Both the position numbers and the translations under genes were made by a program. From NCBI GenBank assembly GCA_963828735.1, contig CAWHFW010000005.1, forward strand, positions 160,001 through 224,000: DNA of 64,000 bases. The letters run 5' to 3'. The notes under the pieces were generated by a model. The model searched no databases, had not been told where the DNA came from, and saw only the letters and a program-made list of their open reading frames with translations. This stretch comes from an uncultured Gemmatimonadales bacterium. GTDB lineage: Bacteria > Gemmatimonadota > Gemmatimonadetes > Gemmatimonadales > GWC2-71-9. This document shows, piece by piece, positions 48,970 through 59,093 of this stretch (its first letter is position 1; the number at the start of each line of letters is the position of its first letter).

Positions 48970-49511
48970 TTGCTGGCGACCAGCACGCCCTGGAGCTTCT
49001 TCGCGTGCTCGAGATGCGTCGCGATGGCCGGCCGCACGTCAACGAGAAGCTGCTTGAGCTCGGCGTTCTCGGTCGTGGGGATCAGAAGCTTGTCCAGCGC
49101 ATCGAGCACGGCCTGGTGATACGCCACTTCCCGGTCGATGTAGGCCTTGTCGAACGCCTTGCCCTTGAGCGGCTCGATCGTGGCGCGAGCCTCGGCCGCC
49201 CCCTTCAGGAGCGACTGGCTGACGTCGTTGTCCTTCGGGGTGACGCCGAGCTTGGCAGCGAGCGCCGACGCCTGCGCGTTCACGGCGCTGTGGTCGGTGA
49301 CCATGGTCTTCGCGAACTGCTTCACGTCATGATTGGCCGTGCGCGACTGCGCCAGCTTGGCCAAGTCGATGTCGATGCTGTTGGCGGTCACCGCCACGTG
49401 GGCGACCTCGGAGTCCGACAGGTCTGGGCTGGCTGCCTGGGCGTGCAAGCCGGTGGAGAGGGCGAAGCTGAGGAACAGCGAGAGCACCGGGTAACTGGAA
49501 GGTCGTGACAT
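48966..49511 (-). CDS. DUF4142 (ferritin-like) exported protein
   Basis: Signal peptide; VKQFAKTMVTDHSAVN, FDKAYIDREVAYH, HLEHA. Confidence 0.88.
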   Translation of the reverse strand: MSRPSSYPVLSLFLSFALSTGLHAQAASPDLSDSEVAHVAVTANSIDIDLAKLAQSRTANHDVKQFAKTMVTDHSAVNAQASALAAKLGVTPKDNDVSQSLLKGAAEARATIEPLKGKAFDKAYIDREVAYHQAVLDALDKLLIPTTENAELKQLLVDVRPAIATHLEHAKKLQGVLVASK

Positions 49512-49552
49512 GGGGCGGCTCCGTGGCGATGGGTTAGATGTTGACCAACGCC

Positions 49553-49627
49553 ACGTTAGCTGGCTTATACTAGTTTGTCAATAGATTGATATGATAACTT
49601 GACTAACTCGCGGCCGCACAATATGTT
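49553..49627. promoter_or_regulatory. Back-to-back divergent sigma70 promoters with inverted-repeat operator
   Basis: Plus: TTGACT (49599-49604)-17-TATGTT. Minus: TTGACA (49581-49576)-17-TAACGT. Arms AGTTTGTCAA / TTGACTAACT form a 9/10 inverted repeat. Confidence 0.75.
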
Positions 49628-49651
49628 CATTCACTCCTAACAGGCTGGAGC

Positions 49652-50317
49652 ATGACAAACTGGGTGGAGCAACTCACCGGCGAGACGAGGGCGAAGCTGC
49701 TCACCCTCCTTCGCCGATCGCGTCGGACGATCACCGCACTCGCGGATGCGTTGCACGTGACGGACAACGCGGTTCGCACGCACGTGGCCGCCCTGGAGCG
49801 AGACGGGCTCGTCGAACAGGTGGGCACGCAGCGGGACACCGGCGGCAAGCCGGCCCGCGTGTATGCGATGACCGCCGAGGGTGAGGAGCTGTTCCCCAAG
49901 GCCTACGCGCTCGTGCTCGGCGAGCTGGTGGCGGAGATTGCGCGTGAGGATGGCTGGGAGCGTGCCACGGCGCTGTTGAGCGCCGTGGGCCGGCGGGCCG
50001 CCTCAGGGGCGGCCGCACCAGCGGATCGGGACGGTCGAGTCGCCGTCGCCGCTGCCGCGCTGCGCAGCCTGGGTGGAGATGTCGAGATCCAGCGCACGGA
50101 GCAAGGGTATACGCTGCAGGGATACGCCTGCCCGCTCTCGGCCGTGACCGGGAAGCATCCCCAGGTCTGTGCCCTGGCCCGGGCGCTCGTTGAGGAGATT
50201 ACGGGACCGTCGGTCACGGAGTGTTGCGAGCGAGGGGACCGGCCACAGTGCAGGTTCCGCATCGATTGCGAGCCAGAGTCCCAGCGTGCGGTGGAGCGCG
50301 TCCTTCCACGCAACTAA
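49652..50317 (+). CDS. ArsR-type HTH regulator, SufR-like with C-terminal Cys cluster
   Basis: TITALADALHVTDNAVRTHVAALERDGLV, GGKPARVY, LFPKAY, CP...HPQVC...CC...C. Confidence 0.88.
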   Translation: MTNWVEQLTGETRAKLLTLLRRSRRTITALADALHVTDNAVRTHVAALERDGLVEQVGTQRDTGGKPARVYAMTAEGEELFPKAYALVLGELVAEIAREDGWERATALLSAVGRRAASGAAAPADRDGRVAVAAAALRSLGGDVEIQRTEQGYTLQGYACPLSAVTGKHPQVCALARALVEEITGPSVTECCERGDRPQCRFRIDCEPESQRAVERVLPRN

Positions 50318-50577
50318 GGAGCTGGTGCTGAAAAACGTTTCCTAGGGAGCGTACCGGCATCGAACCGGTGGCGAGCGGCGCGGTGCCCGAGTCCAGCGCC
50401 CCGGACCGGCGGAAGGCCTCCGCTGCCCGGCGCCACCCGGTCGTCCACCGCACAGCCTTCGGCCCGCAAGCCCGCCAGCACCCGATCAAAATCGTAACGG
50501 ACTCGTCGATCAGGCACAGTCGCGGTAGACGCTGCGACTGAGCGCTAGGTACACCTTTTGAGTCGCCAGGTCGGAAA

Positions 50578-53277
50578 TCAACGATCGTGCGACACGAGAC
50601 GCCGGAAGCGCGGCTCGGTGCGAATCGGATCGAACGTCGGATCCACCCGCAGCCACTCGGGCGACAAATAGAACGGCATCCGGAGCAGCGGCTCCAGCTG
50701 GTCCAGCGCCAGCTCCGGCTCGCCGATCAGCAGATAGATCCGCACGAGCTGGAGCTGCACGTAGGGACCTAGGAAGGCGTCGCGACTGATCGGGAGCAGC
50801 TCAACCCCGCGCCGCCCTTCGCGGATGGCTTCCGCCTTCCGGCCCAGGTAGGCCAGCGCCAGTCCCAGGAGCACGTGGCGCTGCCCGTCCTCGGGAGCGG
50901 CCCGGCTCTGCCCTTCCAGGGCGAGCCGCGCCGAGTCGGCGTAGATGATGGCGCGGCGCGCGTCGTGGCGCAGATGATGGATCTCGGCGCGGACGATGCC
51001 CCATGCGCCGCGGTCCTGGTCGAACGCGTCCGGGGTGAGCTCTAGCGCCCGCGACTGCTGGGCGTCGTCGAGCACCCAGTAGAGATCCTGGTACGTGACG
51101 AGGAAGGCGAGGAGGGTCGTGTCGTCGATCCGCCCGGCCGCCGCCCGAACCGCGCTGCGTGCCCCCGCGAGATCACCCCGCCCGAGCGCCACCATCACCT
51201 TGAGCAGCACCATCTGCGGGTTCGTCGGCGCGAGGGCGATGGCCCGGTCGACGGCCGAATCGGCCCGGTCGTACTGCCGCAGGAAGATGTAGGCGGTCGC
51301 CAGCCGGCGGGCAGCCGTCGAGGAGCGCGGATCGAGCTGCATGGCGCGCTGCAGCCGCGGGAGGATGCCGTCCCACTGCTGGAGCCGGGCCCCGTTGATG
51401 GCCACGGCGCTGAGCAGCTCCACATCGTCGGGGGCGATGCGCAGCCCGCGTTCGTACTCGGCCACCGCGCGGGCGTTGTCGATCGGGTTGACGCTACTGA
51501 AGTAGTCGCCGGATGCGAGGTAGACCAGCGGATCGTCGGGCCGGAGCGCCTGGGCACGCTCGGCCGCCGCCCGCCCCGCCTCGGCCAGGGCCTGATCGGG
51601 GACGCCGTTCGAGTAGAGCGAGGTGCGGGCCCGCGAGAGCTGGGCCCACGCCTGCGCGAACGTCGAATCGAGCAGGACCGCGCGCTCGTAGCGACCGATT
51701 GCCCGCCGCAGGTTCGCCTGGTCGGCCTTCATTTCCTGCGCTGCCTGCTCGCCCTGCAGGAATGCGTCCCACGCGGCCAGGTTGGCGGTCGGCTGCGCCG
51801 CCAGTCCGCGCCGGGCGCTGTCGGCGATCGCCACGCCGAGCGCGTCCGCCACCTTCTCGGCGATGTCGGCCTGGACTTGGAAGACGTCGGTGAGGCTGGC
51901 GTCGAACTGCTGGGCCCAGCGCGCGTGCGCCGCGCCCCCCGCGCGTGCATCCACCAGCTCGGGCGTCACCCGCACCCGGCTCCCGCCCGCCGCCTTCTCC
52001 CAGCGCACGGTGCCGGTGAGCAGATAGTCGGCGCCGAGCTCGCGGGCGACGGCAGTCGGCCGGCCGCGCGAGCCCCGATACTCGAGCGAGCTCCCACGCG
52101 CGATCACCTCGAGCCCCGCCACCTGGGCCAGCTTGGTGCGGATCTCGTCGGCGACGCCGTCGGCGAAGTAGGCGTCGGCCGAGTCGCCCAGATTGTCGAA
52201 GGGCAGCACCGCGACGACCCGCACACCGCGGTCGGGCCGCGCGGGCGGCGACTGGGTCCGGCGCCAGGCGAAGAGCGCAAGGCCGGCGAGCAGCACGGCG
52301 GCCACTACGATCAGCGGTGCTCGTGACCCACCGGGCCGCGACACCACCGGGCTTGCATCGGCAGGCGGTGGCGAGGCCAGGGATGGCGCCGGCACGGTCG
52401 CTACCGATGCCGGCCCTGGCCCCGGCGCCACCAGCGCCTGCGCGAACTCCGTGACCGTCGCGAACCGGTCCTCCGGCGCCCGCGCCATCGCCTTCCGGAT
52501 CGCCGCGTCCACCGGCGGCGGGACCGTGTCGCGGAGGAACCGGGCGCTCGGCGTCGGGTTGGTGAGCCGCTTCGCCACCACGGCCTCGAGCGTCCGCCCC
52601 GCGAACGGCGGCTCGCCGGTCAGCATCTCGAACAGCACCGCGGCCAGCGCGTACTGGTCGGTCCGCCCGTCCAGCTCGGCGTCATTGGTCTGCTCGGGAC
52701 TCATATAGAAGGGCGAGCCGAGCTGGGTGTTGGTCCGCGTCAGCCGCCGCTCGTCGTCGGCGCCGAGCCCGCGTGCGATGCCGAAGTCGCCGACCAGGGT
52801 TGTGCCGTCGCGGGTGAGCAGGATGTTCTCGGGCTTCACGTCGCGGTGGACCACCCCCTGCTGGTGCGCGTACGCCAGCGCGCGGGCGGCCTCGGTCGCG
52901 ATCCGGATCGCGTCGTCGAGAGGGAGGCGGCGCTCGCGGTTGAGCCGGTCGTAGACCGATTCGCCGTCCACGAACGGCATGGTGTACCAGAGCTGCTCGG
53001 CGCCCGCGTCGCCGGCCATGCCGGAATCCAGGACGGTCAGGATGTGCGGATGCTGGAGGCGGGCGGCCAGGAGGATTTCGCGCTGAAACCGCTCGGGCCC
53101 GGAGCGCAACGCGAGGCCGGGGAGCAGAATCTTGAGGGCGACGGGCCGGTCGTGCCGGATGTCGCGCGCAAGGTAGACGACACCCATGCCGCCGCGACCG
53201 AGCTCGCGCTCGATGGCATAGCGGCCCGCCAGCGAGGCGCGGAGCCGTTCGGGAAGGTCGATGCGGGGGGAGGTCAC
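50578..53277 (-). CDS. Hanks-type Ser/Thr kinase with TM, TolB-N-like and TPR domains
   Basis: LGRGGMG, VALK, HRDVKPEN, DFG, YMSPE; VAVLPFDNL...YFADG; TPR repeats; LRVDPTFDPIR..PRF terminus. Confidence 0.93.
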   Translation of the reverse strand: MTSPRIDLPERLRASLAGRYAIERELGRGGMGVVYLARDIRHDRPVALKILLPGLALRSGPERFQREILLAARLQHPHILTVLDSGMAGDAGAEQLWYTMPFVDGESVYDRLNRERRLPLDDAIRIATEAARALAYAHQQGVVHRDVKPENILLTRDGTTLVGDFGIARGLGADDERRLTRTNTQLGSPFYMSPEQTNDAELDGRTDQYALAAVLFEMLTGEPPFAGRTLEAVVAKRLTNPTPSARFLRDTVPPPVDAAIRKAMARAPEDRFATVTEFAQALVAPGPGPASVATVPAPSLASPPPADASPVVSRPGGSRAPLIVVAAVLLAGLALFAWRRTQSPPARPDRGVRVVAVLPFDNLGDSADAYFADGVADEIRTKLAQVAGLEVIARGSSLEYRGSRGRPTAVARELGADYLLTGTVRWEKAAGGSRVRVTPELVDARAGGAAHARWAQQFDASLTDVFQVQADIAEKVADALGVAIADSARRGLAAQPTANLAAWDAFLQGEQAAQEMKADQANLRRAIGRYERAVLLDSTFAQAWAQLSRARTSLYSNGVPDQALAEAGRAAAERAQALRPDDPLVYLASGDYFSSVNPIDNARAVAEYERGLRIAPDDVELLSAVAINGARLQQWDGILPRLQRAMQLDPRSSTAARRLATAYIFLRQYDRADSAVDRAIALAPTNPQMVLLKVMVALGRGDLAGARSAVRAAAGRIDDTTLLAFLVTYQDLYWVLDDAQQSRALELTPDAFDQDRGAWGIVRAEIHHLRHDARRAIIYADSARLALEGQSRAAPEDGQRHVLLGLALAYLGRKAEAIREGRRGVELLPISRDAFLGPYVQLQLVRIYLLIGEPELALDQLEPLLRMPFYLSPEWLRVDPTFDPIRTEPRFRRLVSHDR

Positions 53278-53500
53278 GGCGAACCGTAAGTAAGCGGCGG
53301 GCCTCGACCCACGCCAGCCGGTGCCGTCGCCGAATCGCAAGGGGCGGCCCAGGCTACATGCCGGAACCGCTCAAGAAGACAACAGCGCACCTGACTGAGG
53401 GATAGCCAGCCGCTGTCGCCTGGGCTCGGGTCAGAGAGTGTTGCGCCTAACTAGGAGCTCGAATCATAGACCGCTCGCCTACCCCAAAAATTCAATGACT

Positions 53501-56500
53501 TCAGTCGCGGCCCAAGGGGCTTCCGACCAGCTTCGCCAGTTCCGCACGTATGGTGTCGACTGCCGGCCGCAGCGCCGGCTCCGGGTCCGACCGCAGCGCC
53601 AGGTAGTGCCGGTAGGCCCTGACCGCGCCCGCGCTGTCCCTGGTCATGGCGGCCAGCCGGCCCTCCTCGCGCAGGTGCGCGGCCAGGTAATCGGTGAGGT
53701 GGTAGGCGTACGCTCGCCTCCGGACCGCGGCGAGCGCAGCCTGAAGGTCGCCCTGGCGCTCGCGCAGGTGAGCCACCTCCAGGTTGGCGAAGTCTTCGAA
53801 CCCGACGGGGCTGATCCCAACGGTGGACCGGACGTACGCCGGGCTCAGGGTGAACGCGACCGGCGGGCCGTTCCGCGCTCCGCCGGGCCCGCTCCGCATG
53901 AGGGTGTCCAGGCGATCCAGCGCCTCCGGCGCCGCGCCCGCGGCGCCTAAGGCGGCCGCAAGCTTGGCCTCGAGCAATACCGCGCACACCGTGGCGGTGG
54001 TGAGCGACGCGGGCGAGTCGCCGGGCGCGCGCGACCGGAGACGCATGATGGCCTGATCCGCGCCGCCGAGCTCGCCATGACCCAGCCGCCAGAGCGTGAC
54101 GACGCACAGGTCCGTCTGGCCGACCGCTCGCGCGTCGCTTCCTCCCGAGGCCGGCCTCGCGACGAGCTGGGCCAGCTCCCGCGCCCCCTGGCTGCCGTTC
54201 ACGCTGTCCCCGTCGCCGTACATCGCGTCGAGCACTCGCTCATACAGCGCCGTGTGCGGCGCGTACTCGTCTTCACCCGCACGCGCCGTGTCCCCCAGCG
54301 CCTTCGCCGGATGGCCCCGGTTGATCTCGAAGGCGTGCAGATACGTCTTGCTGCGCTGCCAATCGGAGCTCCGCCCCGCCGTGGCCCGGATCGCGACGGC
54401 GGCCGACTCGGCGTCCTCCAGGCGGCGGCCGTCGAGCACCGCGTAGTTCATGATCCGCCACAGACTCGGCAGCCGCATCTGCCGATACTGCGCGCGCAGC
54501 GCGGTGAGCGCCGGCTCGTCGTGCAGCCCCTCGCCGATGCGCCAGCGATAGAAACCCAGCAGCTCGCCGCTCGAGTCGCGGGCCAGGTACAGGGGGGCCA
54601 TGCGTCGCACTGTCGCGCTGTCGTCCTCAAGCAGCGCGATCTCGAGCAGGTGTCCCAACGGCGCGCTGGCCGAATCCAGCGCCACCGACCGGCGGAAAGC
54701 CTCCGCCGCCCGCCGCCGGGTGGACTCGATCTGCAGGTAGGGCCCTTCGTGAAAGTACTCATCGCCCAGCTCGTACCACCGCTCCGGCTGGTCGGGGGCG
54801 AGATCCACGGCGCGCTCCCACCAGGCCAGATGCTTCGTCAGCGGGGAGACGGCCGGATAATCCGGACCCACTCCGGCCAGGAGCAGTGCCTGGTCGGGCG
54901 GGCTCAGCCGGTCGCGACTGCCCCACGCTCGCTCCAGCCCGCGCCGGCCGGCTCCGGGTGCCGTGGTCCAGCCGGCGGCGCTTGCGAGCCTGAGGCCGGC
55001 GATCGCGAACGTCGAATCCAGATCGAGGGCCTGACTGAGTCGGGCGACCGCGTCGGGGTAGTTGGCGCGCCGATACGCCGCCTGAGCCTCGAGATAGAGC
55101 CGGAGCGCGGGCAGGGGACGATTGACCAAGCCGGCCAGCCCGCGCGGCGCGCCGGCCTCCTCGGTGATGAGCTGGGCGATCAGCCGGTCCACCAGCTGGG
55201 GCAGGCTGTCCGCCACCCCTTCGACCTTCGCCTCTGCCCGCGGCCGTCCGCCTGCGACCGGCACCAGCGAGGCGTTGATGGTCAGGTGATCCATCGTACC
55301 CACGACGCCGCCGAGCAGGAGCTGACCGGCGCCGAGCCGGCGGGCCAGCCCGAGCGCGTCGCGCTCCGGCAGATCGTCCGCCTGGGGGCCCGCGGCGCGG
55401 CGCCAGGCGGCCATGACGGAGCCCGGGTCGGTCGCCCGCGCCCCGCCCTCGCCGGTCAGCCGCGCGGCCACCAGGTCGATCATGCCTTCGCGCAGGTAGC
55501 CGAGCGCCGGCACGGCACCCTTGACGCGAAACGGGAGGACGGCGACCAGGTTCGGGTCGAGCGCGGCGTTCGGCCTCGGCCACCAGAGGTAGCCCGCAAC
55601 GGCGAGCGTGAGCCCCGCGGCCGCGAGGGCAATCATGCGGCGCCCGCGGTAGAGGAGTGATGGCAGCGGGGACGCGACGGCCGTCTCGCGAGGCGTCGCC
55701 AGCGCCCCGGCAAACTCGGCGGCCGTGCGGAAGCGGTCGGCCGGTACCTTGGCGAGCGCGCGCAGCACGGTGTGCTCCACGCTCTCCGGCACGGTGGCGC
55801 GCACGGTTCGAAGCGGCGGCACCGCATCCATCGCGTGGCGCGCCAGCAGCTGCTGGGCGGTGACCCCCACGAACGGCGGCTGGCCCGCGAGCATCTCGTA
55901 CACCACGCAGCCGAGCGCGTACAGGTCGCTCCGTCCGTCCAGCTCTCGGCTGCCGCCGGCCTGCTCCGGGCTCATGTAGGAGGGCGTGCCGAGCGCGAGG
56001 CCGGTCTCGGTCAGCCGGTCCTCACCCGCGGCAGAGATGGCGCGCGCGACCCCGAAGTCCGCCACGACCGCCTCGTCGCCTTCCAGCAGGATGTTTTCCG
56101 GCTTGATATCGCGATGGATGACGCCCTGCGCATGGGCGTAGCCCAGGGCGCTCAGCACCTGGGTGGCGACCCGCACGGCCTGATCGAGTGGCAGCTGGCC
56201 CTCGCGCAGCATCCGCTGTCGGAGGGATCCGCCATCCACGTAGGGCATCGTGTACCACAGGCGGCCCGCGGCCTCGCCCGAGTCGTGCACGGCGAGGATG
56301 TGCGGATGCTGCAGGCGAGCCGCGATCCTGATCTCCCGAAGGAATCGCTCCGGGCCGAGCGAGGCGGCGAGCTCGGGGCGCAGGACCTTGAGGGCGACCG
56401 GCCGATCGTGCCGGAGATCGTGAGCGAGATAGACGGTGGCCATGCCGCCGCGTCCGAGCTCGCGCTCGACGCGATAGCGATCGGCCAGGGCGGCCGCGAG

Positions 56501-56521
56501 GAGGTCGGACGTCTCGGGCAA
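53501..56521 (-). CDS. Hanks-type Ser/Thr kinase with TM, TolB-N-like and TPR-like domains
   Basis: LGRGGMA, HRDIKPEN, DFG, GTPSYMSPE, VAVLPF, helical repeats. Start (TTG 56521) approximate. Confidence 0.92.
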   Translation of the reverse strand: MPETSDLLAAALADRYRVERELGRGGMATVYLAHDLRHDRPVALKVLRPELAASLGPERFLREIRIAARLQHPHILAVHDSGEAAGRLWYTMPYVDGGSLRQRMLREGQLPLDQAVRVATQVLSALGYAHAQGVIHRDIKPENILLEGDEAVVADFGVARAISAAGEDRLTETGLALGTPSYMSPEQAGGSRELDGRSDLYALGCVVYEMLAGQPPFVGVTAQQLLARHAMDAVPPLRTVRATVPESVEHTVLRALAKVPADRFRTAAEFAGALATPRETAVASPLPSLLYRGRRMIALAAAGLTLAVAGYLWWPRPNAALDPNLVAVLPFRVKGAVPALGYLREGMIDLVAARLTGEGGARATDPGSVMAAWRRAAGPQADDLPERDALGLARRLGAGQLLLGGVVGTMDHLTINASLVPVAGGRPRAEAKVEGVADSLPQLVDRLIAQLITEEAGAPRGLAGLVNRPLPALRLYLEAQAAYRRANYPDAVARLSQALDLDSTFAIAGLRLASAAGWTTAPGAGRRGLERAWGSRDRLSPPDQALLLAGVGPDYPAVSPLTKHLAWWERAVDLAPDQPERWYELGDEYFHEGPYLQIESTRRRAAEAFRRSVALDSASAPLGHLLEIALLEDDSATVRRMAPLYLARDSSGELLGFYRWRIGEGLHDEPALTALRAQYRQMRLPSLWRIMNYAVLDGRRLEDAESAAVAIRATAGRSSDWQRSKTYLHAFEINRGHPAKALGDTARAGEDEYAPHTALYERVLDAMYGDGDSVNGSQGARELAQLVARPASGGSDARAVGQTDLCVVTLWRLGHGELGGADQAIMRLRSRAPGDSPASLTTATVCAVLLEAKLAAALGAAGAAPEALDRLDTLMRSGPGGARNGPPVAFTLSPAYVRSTVGISPVGFEDFANLEVAHLRERQGDLQAALAAVRRRAYAYHLTDYLAAHLREEGRLAAMTRDSAGAVRAYRHYLALRSDPEPALRPAVDTIRAELAKLVGSPLGRD

Positions 56522-56831
56522 CGAGGGAACCGTCGGATGCCGTATTGTGTGAGGATGGGCTATTGAGCGAACGGGCTGACTGACAGCGCAAGATGCCGCG
56601 TACGGTGGTTTTCTGCCAGGCTGGTTCGGGGCACCGTGGCCGCGGTGTTCTCGGGCATTCTGTCCCGTGCGGACGTTCGCGCGGCGACGGAAGCCCACGC
56701 TCTGGCGTGGCGTCCGTCCGACCGTGGTATCTGAGTCACAGCCCCGCCAGCAATCTGCATCCTAGTATGTCTGGCGGCCGTGCTGGTTCACCAGGTCCGC
56801 CTGACCCTCGCGCGGTTCCACGCCTGTGCTC

Positions 56832-58286
56832 ATGTCCCACTCCATCCGTCAGTTCGGGATCCTCGTTCTTCCGACCGCCGCCTGCCTCGCGATCGCCTGT
56901 GGCGGGGACGGGGGTGACATACAGGCGCCACCGACCGCAGTGGTAACGGTCGTCGTGCAGGCACCGGAGTCAACGCTCGCCGCGGGCCAGTCGGTTCAAC
57001 TCGCCGCGACCGCACGGGACGCCCAGGGCAATTCTGTCGCCGGCCAGACCTTCACCTGGACGACCACCAATGCGACCATCGCCACGGTGTCCGAGACCGG
57101 GCTCGTGACCGGAGTGACCGCGGGACAGACCGAGATCACGGCCACGTCGGATACGGCCCATGGCGGGCTCATGATCACCGTGACCGCGGATACCACGTCA
57201 CCTCCTGCACCCCCGACCGCCCCGGGTGTGCCAGGATTGCAGGAGATCGCCAGCGGACTGGATATCCCCGTCTTTCTGACGTCGCCTCCGAATGACGACC
57301 GCCTCTTCATCGTCGAGAAGGCCGGGACGATCCGCGTAGTGGAAGGCGGAGCGATGCTGCCGACGCCATTCCTCGACATCCACGACCGCGTGTCCGGCAG
57401 GACGGAGCAGGGACTGCTCGGCCTGGCGTTTGCGCCCGACTATGCGACCACCGGGCGGTTTTACGTGTACTACACCGACGTGCAGGGCGACACCCGGGTA
57501 TCCTCGTTCCTGGTCTCGAGCGACCGAAACCACGCCGACGCCTCCACCGAAGCCGTGCTTTTGACCCAGAGCCAGCCGGGGGTGAGCCACAAGGGTGGCG
57601 ATCTCGCGTTCGGCCCCGACGGCATGCTCTACATCTCACTGGGCGACGGCGGTTCGCATGACGGGATGGATGACGGCCACGGCCAGTCGCTCGACGATCT
57701 GCTCGGCGCGATGCTGAGGATCGACGTGTCGTCCGGCACGGGCTACGTCGTGCCGCCCGACAATCCTTTCGTCAGTACGCCGGGTGCTCGGCCGGAGATC
57801 TGGAGCTACGGGTTCCGCAATCCGTGGCGCTACAGCTTCGATCGCGCGACCGGCGACCTCTACATCGCCGATGTCGGCGAGCTGCGCTGGGAGGAAGTGA
57901 ATCGCGCGAGGGCCACGGAGGGCGACGGGCGCGGCCTCAACTACGGCTGGAGCCTGATGGAAGGCGACGTCTGCGAGCAGCCGGGCTGCGATACGACCGG
58001 GCTGACGCTCCCGACGTTCGAGTACGGCCACGACCAGGGGTGCGCGATCGTGGGCGGGTACGTCTACCGTGGCAGCGCTCTCCCCGCGCTTGCCGGTCAA
58101 TACATCTTCGGCGACTACTGCGAGGGGTGGGTCCGGAGCTTCCCCGCGGACGGCGACCCGGGGCAGCCGACGGACTGGCCGGCCCTGAGCCCCGGGCGCG
58201 GCATCACAGCTTTCGGCCAGGACGCGGCCGGCGAGCTGTACGTGATCGCGGAATCGGGGTCCGTGTTCAAGATGGTGCCGCGCTAG
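56832..58286 (+). CDS. PQQ-dependent sugar dehydrogenase (GSDH family) lipoprotein with Ig-like domain
   Basis: AIAC lipobox, Big_2-like TW.TTN..IATV..TGLVT, EQGLLGLAF, H.GG.LAFGPDG.LYISLGDGG, YGFRNPWR, FGQD..GELY. Confidence 0.9.
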   Translation: MSHSIRQFGILVLPTAACLAIACGGDGGDIQAPPTAVVTVVVQAPESTLAAGQSVQLAATARDAQGNSVAGQTFTWTTTNATIATVSETGLVTGVTAGQTEITATSDTAHGGLMITVTADTTSPPAPPTAPGVPGLQEIASGLDIPVFLTSPPNDDRLFIVEKAGTIRVVEGGAMLPTPFLDIHDRVSGRTEQGLLGLAFAPDYATTGRFYVYYTDVQGDTRVSSFLVSSDRNHADASTEAVLLTQSQPGVSHKGGDLAFGPDGMLYISLGDGGSHDGMDDGHGQSLDDLLGAMLRIDVSSGTGYVVPPDNPFVSTPGARPEIWSYGFRNPWRYSFDRATGDLYIADVGELRWEEVNRARATEGDGRGLNYGWSLMEGDVCEQPGCDTTGLTLPTFEYGHDQGCAIVGGYVYRGSALPALAGQYIFGDYCEGWVRSFPADGDPGQPTDWPALSPGRGITAFGQDAAGELYVIAESGSVFKMVPR

Positions 58287-58318
58287 CGAGGCGATCCTCA
58301 CCGCTCACCGCTCACCGC

Positions 58319-58840
58319 TTACTTGCAAGTCACCGTGAGATGATCCCGCACCACCGTGAGAGTGCCGTTCGCGTTCACAGTGACGTGGAAGTTCTCGTGG
58401 AGCAGGAAGTTGTTGCCGGGCCCGGGGCCGATGATCTTGAAGTTGTTGATGAAGGTCTCGGTGCTTCCGACGACGCCGCTCGTGGAGATATCCTGCGTGA
58501 CCCCGGTCGCGCGATAGACGTCGCCGGTCGTCTCGCCCACGCCCGAGACGCCCTGCGGCTGGTCATGAGTTTTGAGAACGAACCGGTTTCCGTTGATCGT
58601 CAGGTGAAAGAGGTCATGCAGCGTGCCGCTCAGGTCGACGACCTCGCCCGCACCCCCGGCGGCGCAGGAGATGAACACGGCGAGATCGAAGGGTATTTTC
58701 TGGCTGATCGTCGTTGTGATCGCTCGAACGAAGGGCGACGAGTCCTGCACCGGCGAGGCATCGGCGGAGGTCTCGGTCGGCGCGGCCTCACAGCCTGCCA
58801 GGCCAGCGGTGAGAACGAGAACGGCGAGGGTGGCACGCAC
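58319..58840 (-). CDS. Hypothetical beta-rich lipoprotein
   Basis: GGAGGT SD, LAGC lipobox, alternating beta-strand pattern, two further Cys. Confidence 0.75.
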   Translation of the reverse strand: MRATLAVLVLTAGLAGCEAAPTETSADASPVQDSSPFVRAITTTISQKIPFDLAVFISCAAGGAGEVVDLSGTLHDLFHLTINGNRFVLKTHDQPQGVSGVGETTGDVYRATGVTQDISTSGVVGSTETFINNFKIIGPGPGNNFLLHENFHVTVNANGTLTVVRDHLTVTCK

Positions 58841-59093
58841 GGGGACCTCCCGAGACGGGGAATAAGAGGGTAGATGCGTACGTTATTCCCTCACACTCGG
58901 TCGGCCCCACAGGGGAAGTCAATTGGATCTTGGTGTGACCTGCCGCCTCGGGGAACTCGGTCGACCCCTCGAGACGCGCGCCCACCTGCCTGCCCTTCAC
59001 CCAGACCAGATCCCTCGTGAGCCAGCGCGGGGCGCCGGGCGCTCTGAGCAGCGTCTCAATGGTCGCCGCCGCTCCTGCTGGCGTTTACTGGAC

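Noticed and set aside
50318..50577. Short ORFs or ncRNA between the regulator and the first kinase (also 53340-53500 and 1440-1600)
   Set aside because: No tRNA cloverleaf, riboswitch consensus or convincing coding signal recognised by eye; an Rfam scan would be needed.
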